From: Blastocystis sp. Blastoise
Lineage: Eukaryota; Protista; Bigyra: Opalinata
DNA length: 64,000 bases
Direction: 5' to 3'
Assembly (NCBI GenBank): GCA_039096225.1
Contig: JBBPEB010000015.1
Span: 1,612,001-1,676,000, forward strand
Shown here: positions 46,259 to 64,000 of the stretch, piece by piece
How the letters are laid out: the number at the start of each line of letters is the position of its first letter
How positions within the stretch are numbered: position 1 is the first letter of the stretch
Translations under genes and position numbers: made by a program
Notes under the pieces: model-generated
The model's input: the letters and a program-made list of their open reading frames with translations, nothing else
Told to the model about the DNA's origin: nothing
Databases searched by the model: none

Positions 46259-46414
46259 CACATACAGATTGTCGTGAAACTAAGATTTTTGACATTTCGA
46301 ATACATTACTATTTTTAATTTGAGAATCATCTTCTAAAACATGTTGCATATGAATTAAACGTAATTCAACGGCAGGAATGTTTGATTGTTGCTAGAAAAT
46401 AAAATTATTAAATA

Positions 46415-46453
<39 letters not shown>

Positions 46454-46876
46454 AGAATAATATATAATAAATTAAAAAAAAACAATAAACATATATATGA
46501 ATACTTGAAGACTATTTTTAACTTCTGACCATTTTTGGTTGGGACTAACACGAATACTATAGGATACGTTATCTGTGAAAAGAAACGAAAGACTAAATTG
46601 ACCATTGCTTCGCGCTTTTGCATCGTTTTGATTTTGTAATTCCTTCTTCTTTTTCATAAAGTTAACAACTCTATTGAATGAATATTGATCACATCCAACT
46701 ATTTCATCGTCTTTCTTTTCATGTCCTTCGGCTAAAATGATCAATTCATCCTCAGGAATGTTATAGTTATTACTCAAAAAACGACGAAGCAAACGAAATG
46801 TTGCATCCTTTTTGATTCCAAGATATATGGGTGTCTTTTTACTACACTCAACAACTTTAATTTTGTATTCTTCCAT
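45390..46876 (-). CDS. Tandem ubiquitin-like domains plus a Parkin RING0-like zinc domain, about 300 aa, 5 exons
   Basis: NIPEDELIILAEGHE and NIPAVELRLIHMQHVLEDD (Ubl); FTCRFC-x12-CPKC-x29-CTTPSC-x14-CKEC. Confidence 0.7.
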
Positions 46877-47276
46877 TTAGATTAATAAAAATAAAAGCAA
46901 TTAATGTTTAGAAAAGAGTATAATAAAAACTAGTTCGATTCAGACATTTTCATGTATGACTGAATATGACATCTCTTTATTGAAATTTTTTAGTAGTTTA
47001 TTCTATTTTTTTTAATACATATTCAAATAATTCATTTTTTATTTATTTATCATGTTGTTAAATATTAAAGAGTTTAGAGAAATATAATTATGCGAAATTT
47101 CAATATAACTTATAACGAATTAGACAATTAAAAAAATTTCTTGTTTTAATATGATAACAAAAGTTCAAATAAGGATTTATTGGAAAATGTAAAGACAATA
47201 AAGAATACATAAAACTCTGCTAAAAGATAAATAAGAAATTGAATATAAAACATAATACTCTATATGAATATGTCAT

Positions 47277-47696
47277 TTAAAGGAGTAATGGATATTTGCA
47301 TATATCTTTTGTCATATTCTTTTCATGGGCCTCATTCTATATAAAATATTAATTAATTCTACTATTTTGGATAATGAAAGAACCAATAATGTTATACAAA
47401 TAGTTAATTTTAAATCAATTAATAATAAAGATAATAATAAAAAATAATAAATAAATAATAAGAATAAAATAAATTGACTATAAATATAAATAATAGATAC
47501 GGTTCCTCCTCCAATTTCGAGTAGTTTGCTGTCCCTCCATAGACGTTCGACGACTTGATCACCCATATATCCATAACCTCCTAATACCTATGAAGTCATA
47601 TATATATATAGTAGAATTATTATATTTATTAAATTAAAATATTTTGTGTCAAATATAAAATATTTTGTGTCAAATATAAAAAATATTGTAGAAATA

Positions 47697-47731
<35 letters not shown>

Positions 47732-48283
47732 ATATATATATATATATATTCAAAGGGATATGAATAGAATAATGACAATAGAAAACAAGATCTTCAAGTA
47801 TAGAGAAGAGAAATAAAAACAAACACATATATAGTATATGATGAATTCAATTGAATATATAATTACTTGTATAGCATTATCAGCAATTATCTTTGCCATT
47901 CGTCCACAGTATAACTTCACACCATCAGTATCCGTACGATGACCACCACTGTACAGATTCATATTATTGGCTGTATTATATAAATAAGTCTTTCCAGCCA
48001 TATATTGGGAATAAGAAGAGGCTATCATGTGCTGTATTTGTCCAAATCGATTAATAGGTTGACCAAATGCCTCTCGTTCTTTAGAGTATTGAATCATAAT
48101 ATCCAAACAACGATGAGCAATACCCTATATAATAATAAGTATAATAATAATAAGTATAATAATAATAATAATAATATTTATGTATATATATACAACAGAC
48201 ATAGCTGCAAGTGTTAATCGTTCCATTTCCAAATTACGCATCTATATAATAATAATAATAATAATAATAAACAAAATAGAATG

Positions 48284-48344
<61 letters not shown>

Positions 48345-48345
48345 A

Positions 48346-48433
<88 letters not shown>

Positions 48434-50109
48434 GCATAATTACATAATATATATAGTAAACAGAATAGAATGATTAGAATAATATGTATACCATACAAAG
48501 AGTGGCTTTTCCTTCTTCTCCTACAAGATGATCTATCGGTACATGAACATCTTCTAATACCAATTCTCCTGTTAAAGAAGCACGCATTCCAAGCTTATCA
48601 TGGAAAACTTGACCAAGAGAAAAACCAGGAAGAGACTTATCTACAAGAAATAGTGATATCTTTCCATTTACTTTAGCATATACTAAAAAGGCATCTCCTA
48701 TTTCTATATATATATATATATTATTATTATGATTATTATTATGATTATTATTATGATTATTTTTATTATTATTATCATTAATAATAATAAAGAAAAAATA
48801 ATAAATATATATATACTATTTGGTCCTACAGCAGCATTTGTGATAAATATTTTTCTTCCATTTAATATATATCCATCAGAGACCTTGTTAGCTACTGTAT
48901 GCATATTGGCTAAATCAGTGCCTCCTTCAGGTTCTGTCATCGCTATTCCTCCAATCAAATCACCGCTGCAAGCAAGAGGTAAATAACTATAAACAATAAG
49001 AAATAAATATATAAAATAAACTAATAAATAACTATAAACAATAAGAAATAAATATATAAAATAAACTAATAAATAACTATAAACAATAAGAAATAAATAT
49101 ATAAAATAAATTAATAAATAACAATAAACAATTATAAATAAATATATAAAATAAACTAATAAATAACTATAAACAATAATAAATAAATATATAAAAAAAA
49201 ATAATAAATAACTATAAACAATTATAAATATATAAAATAAATTAATAAATAACTATAAACAATAATAAATAAATATATAAAATAAATTAATAAATAACTA
49301 TAAACAATTATAAATATATAAAATAAATTAATAAATAACTATAAACAATAATAAATAAATATATAAAATAAATTAATAAATAACTATAAACAATAATAAA
49401 TAAATATATAAAATAAATTAATAAATAACAATAAATAAATAAATAAATATATAAAATAAATTAATAAATAACTATAACAATAATAAAGAAAAATATAAAA
49501 TAAATAAAATAATACTCGAATTTTTGTTGACTAGATCCATTAATATATAAATTATTTGTAAATAGAATCGAATGAGCTATATATACATGAATAAAAGAAT
49601 ATAAACTATATCTTTGACAATCATAATATATATATATATATATACCTAAATAAGAAAGACAGAAAGCAGGATCAGACATGGATAATTCTTCATGAACAAT
49701 ACAAGAAGCAGTCTATATATGTTGAATAAATAGTATAAATAAATATGATAACATATAAAGAAAAACATATATATATATATACAGCATCGAGACCAGCGCC
49801 ACCATATTGCTCATCTACAGTAATACCTAGTAATCCAAGTTCACCACATTTCCTAAAGAGATCCATATTGAATTTTTCTTTTTTGTTATATTCAAGTGCT
49901 TGTGGCTCTACTTCGTTCTTCACAAAGTCTTGCATGAGATTTCGTAAAGCAAAATGATCTGGAGTTGGATTAAAAAGATTACTTTCATTACTATTATCTG
50001 ATGGCGTACTGAAAGATCTTAGAAGCACCGAATTTGTTTTTGTTGTGCATCTCAAAAGATTTTTCTGAAATACTCTAACACCTGTAAGAGGTTTCAAGAT
50101 GGCTCTCAT
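47277..50109 (-). CDS. IVD: Isovaleryl-CoA dehydrogenase-like acyl-CoA dehydrogenase (mitochondrial)
   Basis: GLLGITVDEQYGGAG, LSYLAHS, AMTEPEGGTD, LNGRKIFITN, KLGMRAS, REAFGQPI, QVLGGYGY, WRDSKLLEIGGGTNE. Confidence 0.88.
48980..49475. repeat. Intronic minisatellite of about 12 units of 41-45 bp
   Basis: Unit taaataactataaacaataagaaataaatatataaaataaactaa, with variants. Confidence 0.9.
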
Positions 50110-50910
50110 TGTGAATAAAAAGTATCAATGGAATAAAATGAAAAAAATAGGGGCTTTGTTTTCTTTTTGGAATTCGACGTCTTTTCTGACGACACCCTAT
50201 GTTAACTGTTTTATTTTCATATTAACAAAGATCTTTTTGATCACTAACAAAGGTTTTTTATTCCTTTTCATAAAGAAAAATACGATTCTTGCCACTATGT
50301 TTTCTTTATTAAAAACTTTGTTGTTAAGTAGAATATACTTTCTAAGAATGGCATTTTATTCGTCTCAAATACTGGAAGCTCAATGTTTTTCATTAATTAT
50401 TTCATCAATTAGTTATTCAATTAATGGTTGTAGTTGTTTTTCTGGTACTGAGCATTATATAAGATGGTCTATGAATGAAAAATAAAAAAGAATTATTAAA
50501 ATGAATTTCTTCTGTGTAGCATAATATTTAACATTAGTGCTCTAAATATGTGTATGCAACAAATAATTGTGAATCATATAAACAATAAAAAATAAAACGA
50601 CGATGAAACGATTCTGGAATAACAAATAAAAATACAAAAAAGAAACACACAATGTAAAATAAGGAAAAAGTTGGAGAACAATGGAAAAGTTCAATTTAAA
50701 AAAAAATGACAAATAATATAATCATTAGAAAACAAATAGATATGACGTCGAAAAGCATTAGAATTTTATAAAAAGAAGAATATTCATATCATATCGAGAA
50801 GAAAAAGAAAAAAACGAGAAGAGAGAAAAAGGAAAGCCAATAATAAATAAAATAACTATAAAAACAGTATTTATGACTTGAAAATTAAAAGAAATGTTGT
50901 TTGAAAAGAG

Positions 50911-55746
<4,836 letters not shown>

Positions 55747-56626
55747 TTTTATGTTAACTAATAAAATATATATAGTTCTTAATCACAAATATACTCTAAT
55801 AAAATATACCTAGTAATATTTTGCTTTTTACAATGCTAGACCAGCTGAATCACAATTTTCAAGCATACAAGAAATTTCACACAATTTCTTTCATTCACAA
55901 AAATATCCGTGGTTTTTATTGCCAAATAAGCGAGAAATGATTCATTTTCATAATATTTTTTTACAATTGTTTTTTGTTTTTATTTCTTTCTTTATTAAAT
56001 CAAGTGACCGTAAAACAATTATCTATGAGGTTTCTCATGATAAAAATATGATTTTAAAATAAATATATTATATTATATATATTTTTATATTCGTTTGTAT
56101 TGATAAAATGTGTTATAAGTATTTTTAATCAATTTATATATACATGGAAAAGTTGTAAGATAAAATAAAATTTGTTGAGTCGGTCAAAATTATTTTGGAC
56201 AATTAAAAAAATGCTAGTTTTGTATAATAAATGATTAATTATAACTGTACAGAGTGATATCAATCTTGGAATTACAACAGAAATGAAATTATATAGACTG
56301 AATTTAAAAAATAAATGATTTGAAAACAAAGCTTGAAAGCAAGTGAAATAATTAAATAAAAAATAAAAACTGATATACTAATGAAATTGAAAAATCATTC
56401 ACATATAAAATAAACATATAAATAGATGTAAGAAATATCATAACAATGAAGAGATAACAAATAATTTATATATATTTATATATACCTTAATATATATATG
56501 TTATTCATATATATAACAAAGACTAACGAAATCTTGTTAAAAACAAAATTTTAAATTTTATAATATATAATTAAATATAATAAAATATATAAGAATAAGA
56601 ATAAAAAATTATTCCAAAGAAATTAT

Positions 56627-58415
56627 TTAATCTTCACAATAGATTTCCATATCTAGGACTTCAAATAATCCATTTTCACCTTTAGGTTTATTAGGTTGAT
56701 TTACTAATGTACAATAATCATAAAAATATGCGGATCCATCTTGATTTACTGTTTGTAAATATAGTTTATTTGAATCAGATGAATGATATATAGCTAATTC
56801 TTGAAGTCCAAAAACAAATAAATAATTAGGATAGGACATCATAGCACGTTTTGACTTGGGATATTTCACATAATAACGATTTACATTAGTTTCTGGACAT
56901 AATGAAAAAAGAAAAGCGGAGTAATCAGGTACTATATAATAATAATAATAATAATAATATATATAAAAAAATAGTCTATAAATAATACTATCAATATACT
57001 TTGAGCTTCTAAGTTTGTACAGAATTGGAAATTTGTTGTATAAGCTCCAAGTTTTATGTATTCAGAATTCACTACAATTTGAACAAACACAAGGCAGCAT
57101 TTAGAAGGAAGAGGAGGACGAGATGTAGAATTGATATCAAATGTAGCATTTCTATATAGAGTTATTGCTAATTATCGTTTTGATTATGTTATATAAATAA
57201 ATAAAAGAAAAAAAAATAACATTTTTATAAAGCCAAATAGAATTAAATATATATTCTAGAGAATACTATATAGATAAAACAATAATAATAATTGGCATAC
57301 TTATAAGAATAATATTGCTTCCAACTTGTTTTATGTCCAATCATTCGATGAATTCGGTCTTCTTCAAGAGTATGAATTATAATAGAAGAAGCAGGAATGA
57401 AAGAACTTGCACGAGGAGTAGCAGGTATAGTATTTGAAAAATTATTATTAGGAATTGATGCATATTGAATATTCATGTTGGGAGGTAAATTACTTCGTGA
57501 TATTACTACTGAATTAACTCGTTGATGAAGAGGAGATGAAGAATTTTGTTCATATGAATGAATACTATAACTAGGTGAAGGGATCATAACTGAAGGATTA
57601 CGAAATGATCCTGTATGAGAAATAGAGGTAGACACAGGTCTCTGTAATGGAGTAGTTTCTGATATTTGAGGAGAAGGTTGAATTGTTTGAGGAATAGGAG
57701 GTGTAAGAACTTGCGGAATACTTGAATTCATAGAAGTAAGAGAACTAGAAGAAGAAGGATATTGGTTATTAACAAAAGGAGGAGGAGGTAATGAACTTGA
57801 ACGATTATTATTAATAGAAGAAATAGTATTAGAATTATATGTTGGTTGAGTATTGGTAGAAGATAATGAATTCTGTGAATTGATTGAAGAGATAGATTGA
57901 TGAATAGAAGAAACAGGAACAGAAGTAGAAGAAGCTCTTACTAGTGTAGCAGGATTAAAGGGTTGAAAGTTACTAGTAGAAGAAGAAGGAGATATAGAAT
58001 TAACATAATAATTATTATTATTTAGTACATTAACACTTTGAGATCTTGTACTTAAATGATTGTTAGTAGAGTTTCTATTTGAAGTAGAAGATGTATATAC
58101 ACTTGCAAGACTACCCGAACGATCATAAGTATTTATAGTATTGAAAGGAGGAGGGTTTATTGGTTCATTAATTTCTTCAGCATTTGAAGGTTGATCAAAT
58201 AAGGCAGTATTTAAAGGTATAGATTGAGAATGATTACTTGTAGAAGATATATGTGAATGAGATGAATTATAACTATCTCTACTTGAATGTAGAGCTATAT
58301 TTGGCTTTATTTGAGTAGCACTAAAGATAGAATTTGGATTATTTTCAATTGTATCAATAGACACATCTGAGTTAATAGGCTCAAGCGTATTTGGTGGTGT
58401 TTTTATATTCAGTAG

Positions 58416-58461
<46 letters not shown>

Positions 58462-59166
58462 GGACTTGTATGAGTAATAAATAAAGTTTTATTTAAACAT
58501 GACGTACTAGGTTGTTGTTGTTGCACAATTGGTTCTGATTCTTCAATTTTCCGTGTACATATAGAAATTAATTGATCATGAGAACAATTAAATTCTTCAA
58601 GACGATAATATGGACAACCATTCTAAGTATAATATATATGATAATTGAAATAAAATGAATAATATATAATTATTTATAATATGAAACATAAATATAATTT
58701 AGTATAATTAAGTACATACTATATTATATTCATCTTGAGAACATTCTTTTGGACCATTTGCATTATAAAACTCGTTTATTATAGGTGTTAAGTCATTTAA
58801 TGCATCTTTTACATATTCATGCTATATATATTAGTATTTATAATATATAATATATATTAAAATACATACATTAATTAGTTCACTAGCAAATACTCGTTTA
58901 TCATTAACGTTTTCGATACAAGAATTTGTAAAACTTGTAAAATTCTTTTGTTTTATTTTATCATTTAATTGTTTGCCAATGTCTCCATAATCAAGAGAAT
59001 AAAATCCAGAATCATTATGTTTATTAATTACTTCCTATATGACATAGTAATAAATAATATATATATATATATATATACTTCTAGATAAGTAGTTTCACCA
59101 ATTGGAATATATAACGCTTTAAGCATTAAATAATAAGCAATCTTTCCTAAAGGAAAAATATCATAC

Positions 59167-59225
<59 letters not shown>

Positions 59226-59928
59226 TACATTTGGGAAATATAAAGAGCAGTTATTGAATTTTTCAGGAGATTCATATACAGTTGTCCCAATAGATGGACA
59301 TTCTCTAGTGACGTTGCATGCACCTCCAAGATCAATCATTTTTATGGATTTTCCATCTTCACTTAAAATGAGATTCTCTGGCTTTAAATCCTATTAATAA
59401 TAATAATAATATATGAAAACATTATTTACTCGATTGATCATATAATTTCGTTGCATTTCAAGAAGACAACAAATAATAGATGCAAGAATATGAGGTATAT
59501 CATCTACATTAATAGTATATTTATCATCCTTTAAGACATCTTCCAATGATACACCTCTAGCCAATTCCATGACGATCTATATGAATAATTGTTAAAATAC
59601 ACATGAATTATTATATTTAAAAGGTAAATATTACGATATTGATAACGTACAGAATCTTTATTATCATGATCATACATTTTGACAATAAAAGGGCTTTTCA
59701 ACTTTTCTAGAGCATCCCACTCTTTAGCAAACATGTCGTCTGCTTTTGATTTGTATACTTTGATTGCAACAATATTTCCAGTCTTTTCTTCTCTAGCTTT
59801 GAAGACTTCAGCTTGACCTCTAAAGAATAAAAGTAATGCATTTACTAAACTACATACCCGTTACCCAATCTCTTTTCTTTGAGGTATCGCTTACCATTTA
59901 CAACAATAACGTCCTGATCATAAGACAT
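56627..59928 (-). CDS. Ser/Thr protein kinase with an S/N/P-rich linker and a C-terminal TLDc-like domain
   Basis: GNGGQAEV, VAIK, INRDLKPEN, IDLG, GTTVYESPE; C-terminal LGAY...D.SAFLFSL...FG..EL.I...FEVLDMEIY. Confidence 0.75.
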
Positions 59929-61131
59929 GATTATAAATAAGAAAAATAATGAAATAACTAGTTTATAAATAATATGAAAACTTGTTAAACAAAAACCATA
60001 AAAAATCTGGAAATACTAAAAATGTTTTAGTATTATTTTGCATTTTAAACAGGATTTTTTTGGTTGTTTTACGGAAATCTCTTTAGATTCAAATAATAAT
60101 CTGTGTGTTGTCTTTCTTTTTGCAAATTTACTGTTTTTATTTTCAGTTTTTTTTATATATGATGAATGAATTATTATTGATAATTAATTAATTATTTTTT
60201 TATTTGTTGAATATATGTTGTTTATATTGGATGATGTAATTTTAGTCTTTATTATTTTTTTCATATTCATTCAAAATATGTTCTCTTCTACTGGAATAAA
60301 AGTTATAAATAACTTGTTCAAGAAATAAAGATCTTGATCAGAATAATGATTATTGAAAAAAATAAGAATTCATGTAGAAACCATCATTAATTACTTTTAA
60401 AATGGAATGAAAAATTAGTATATTAAAATCAAAACGCTATTTAATCAATAAACAAACGCTGATTTTCATGTTTTCACATTATAAAATGAAATACTTTTAA
60501 TTGTCACTTTTGCTTTTGTTATAGTCATGAATCTTTGTTTTAATCATATTCTATAAAAATACTTCATAAAAAATGATTAGACTAGAATAAATAATAGATT
60601 TTCAGAAGGTAAAATAGAATGATATGTTTTCATTCTAGTGTATTCCAAAGAATAGAGAATGCCAAAAAGTTCAAGTGACTTTTATCTCTTTTCCTTATCA
60701 TTGTTTCATAAATTATTCACTTTTTGAGGAGTGGTAAGTGTGTGAATTTACTATTAATTTGTAACCCAATAAATGCACTGCGTTATATAGTCCATATAAT
60801 AATAAGCATTTTGGTGTAAAGCAAGTATATATTGAAAAATATGCAAATTATTGTTGATTCATTCAAATCGTGTATGTATCCCATGGGACATTGATAAATG
60901 ATTTGAGAACAATATTTCAATTGGGAAAACTCAGATTTCTAGGGTTTCCAGGTCAATAACCGTGTTTCTTTTTAATATTATTATTTCTGCAACCTAATAC
61001 GTCTTACATCAATCCAGCACTTGTAATAGGCTTAATTATTGTTTTTTTCAAACACTTTTATTTCGATATTGAGATTATTATACTAATATCTAATATTGTA
61101 ATAAATCCTCTTTCAAGTGATATAAAAAAAA

Positions 61132-64000
61132 ATGCAAAATCAAAACAAACAATTTGAAGGAGCATTTAATCCACAACAAAATATTGGTATCTCAGATTCT
61201 ATGTACCATATGAATGAGTATATATTTTGATACAGAATTCACTTTATGAATATATGCTTTGTTTCTTATCTTTTTCTTTCTTTTTTTTCATTATTGCATT
61301 AGTATCTTGTTTCTCTTTTTTTGGTGGATAATATTTTATTTATTTATGTACAGTCCTCGTGCAACATCTCCAACTTATATGCAAAACGAAGCTTATGAAG
61401 GTATTCTCATGTTCATCCATACTATGTTAATTGTTTAATATATTAGATTATCCAATGACATCTAGAATATCTCCTGATATTGTATCACGTGGTAATTATA
61501 GAAACAACGTTCGTTGCTTATCTGAAAACTATGGTAAACGGTATATTCATTATATTTAAGATTATTATTCTATAAATATGATTTTTTTTTTTATTATAAT
61601 ATTATGGTATTAGTAACTAATCCTTGATATATGTATATAGAGCTCCTGCGCCTTCTCTTCGTCATCCTGTTCGTTGGTCATATCAAGACTCGAATCGCTA
61701 TGAATATACCAATTATCCTCATTCTAATCAAAATAACTATGATGTATATATATATATATATATTATTCATATTTTAATTATATATTATATTTATTTATTT
61801 AAAAAACTATTTATAAAATAATAATATAAATAGGTGCCTTTAGATAAAGATTACTATCCCCCTGACTATTCTCCTCATCCTTATAAGTATATATATATAT
61901 ATATAATCATATTTACAATTTAATTTTATTATTTTATATAAATATTATTATTATTATTATTTTAAAGAAATATTTACATATATATATATAGTAATCCTCG
62001 ATATAGTACTCGTTTAGTGAATCCATTACCTGTTTCTTCTCATCCCCAAGGGAATCCCTCTCATCCTATTCCTACAGAAGAAGATGATTCTAGTTATTCA
62101 TTTGATAGCTTACTTCCACAAAGATTTAGAAAGTATATATATGTTATATATAATATATATATATATATAATATAGAATATAAATATATAAATATAATGTA
62201 AATGTTATATATATATACTATAGAATATAAATATATAAATATAATATAAATATTATATATATAAATATAATAAATATAATGTAAATGTTATATATATAAA
62301 TATAATATATATAATATATATATAGAGTACCCCCTGAATATCTTCCTTCTGATCGTTCTCCTGTTCCTAATATATATACAAATACATATCGTCCTGGTTA
62401 TGATGATTATATGTATTCCTATACACGTACTACTCCACCTTCTCTTCTTCCCTCTTCTTCCCACGGGAATACGCCGACTGTTCCTTCTACTTCACATCCA
62501 TCTACGATGAATAGTCCTTTAAATCCTATATCTTCTGCTTCTACTACTCCTACTCCTACTCCTTCTACTACTCCTACTCCTCTTAATACTAATAGATATA
62601 AATCATTACCTTTATTTATAGAAAATCCTACACGTATGTCTATATCATTAAATAGCTATAGACAAGCTCAAAGTATGAATTTAGATCAACGTATTCAATG
62701 CTATAAAGACATATATCCAAATAATAATGAAAATTATGAATATATAGAAGAACAAGATCCTCATTATCCCGCGGGAATTCATGAAAATACATTAAGTAGT
62801 TATCCTGAATCTCCTTCAAATATAATAAATAATAATATGAATAAATCACCTATAGGAGATCCATCTATCTCTATATCCCATACTACTACTAATAATAATA
62901 CTAATAATACTAATACTAGTAATAGTAATAATAATGGAATGCCTTCTAAACTTCAAAAGATGTATATAAATACAAATACTTCTGTAAAAGACATGAATTC
63001 ACAAAGTTACTCTACTACTACTAATAATGATGATAATACTAGTAATAATAATAGTAATACTCCTTCTTCTTATTATATGAAATCTTCACCTTCTTCTATT
63101 AGTGGGTCTATAAATATGTATAATTCTAGTTCACCATTATCCAATCAAAATGATTCAAATAAAGTGAATTCCACAGGAATTACATATGCTTCAACAATTC
63201 TTGAAACTCTTGGAGATACTATTCCTAAATGGGAACCCGGGAACCGTACTGTGTGCAAGTTACTTCAAGATTTAGTAGATATAGCTGATGAACAAACTAT
63301 GGATATTCTACTTAATAATGTATATATTATTATGTTTATTATGTTTATTATTATTTTATTTGTTTTGTTTATTATTATTTTGTTTATTAAATTTATTATG
63401 TTTGTTATTATATATCTATATATATATATATAGATATTAGATAATTTAACAGAAGTTATGTTGGATGTGTTTGGTAATTATTTCTTCCAGAAATATACAA
63501 AGAAATGTAATGATGAAGCTGTATAAATATATAAATATATATATATATATATATGTTAATATTTTTATAGATTACAAAACTTTATGAGAAATGTGATGAG
63601 AAGATTCTGACGATTTGTTATGATAACCACGGGTCTCGATGCATTCAATCCCTTATTGAACGTACAACTACGGACTATCAAGTATATATTATATATACTA
63701 TTATATATTATTATAAATTATTATATATTTTATTCTATATATATATATAGCGTCATTTATTATTAAATCGTATTCAATCTGATGTGTGTAATATGTCCAT
63801 ACATACACATGCTAATCATGTGATCCAGCACGTGCTGGAGTATTTCCCCTTTGATTATATTCTCCCGATTATTCATGACCTTCAGAATAATCTCTCCTTT
63901 CTCTCCTCTGCCAAATATGGATGCTATGTCCTACAAGTATATATATATATATATATATATGTTATTTAATATATATATATGTTATTTAATATATATATAT
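61132..64000 (+). CDS. Pumilio/PUF-family RNA-binding protein, 5' part (runs off the window)
   Basis: PUF repeats VCKLLQ, DVFGNYFFQK, DNHGSRCIQ, HANHVIQH, KYGCYVLQ after a long low-complexity N-terminus. Confidence 0.85.

Overview
Very AT-rich, gene-dense, intron-rich eukaryotic (protist) genomic DNA with about 23 protein-coding genes, which I reconstructed by manual splicing. Most ORFs in the supplied track are exon fragments or (AT)n/(AAT)n microsatellite artefacts. Genes include DGAT2, a sphingomyelinase-like phosphodiesterase, a HAD 5'-nucleotidase, an importin-alpha-like ARM protein, a bacterial-type rifampicin-phosphotransferase (RPH)-like enzyme with 7 introns, a PPR protein, SIVA-like, ERCC8/CSA, CENP-W, acetate:succinate CoA-transferase, tepsin, Rpn2, two TEX264/GyrI-like paralogs, an intronless GH35 beta-galactosidase, isovaleryl-CoA dehydrogenase, exportin-T, a kinase-TLDc protein and a PUF protein. 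The gene content and signals suggest an anaerobic stramenopile such as a Blastocystis relative; this is inference only. Most notable: (1) a Ubl-Ubl-RING0 protein resembling the regulatory half of Parkin with no RBR catalytic module; (2) five AT-AC minor-spliceosome (U12-type) introns in 64 kb; (3) introns made almost entirely of microsatellite anchored at the splice sites; (4) two intact non-autonomous hAT-type elements with perfect TIRs and 8-bp TSDs; (5) four introns whose terminal G is replaced by the base the spliced mRNA has at that junction; (6) a 4-nt microexon. All exon structures are manual predictions without transcript data.
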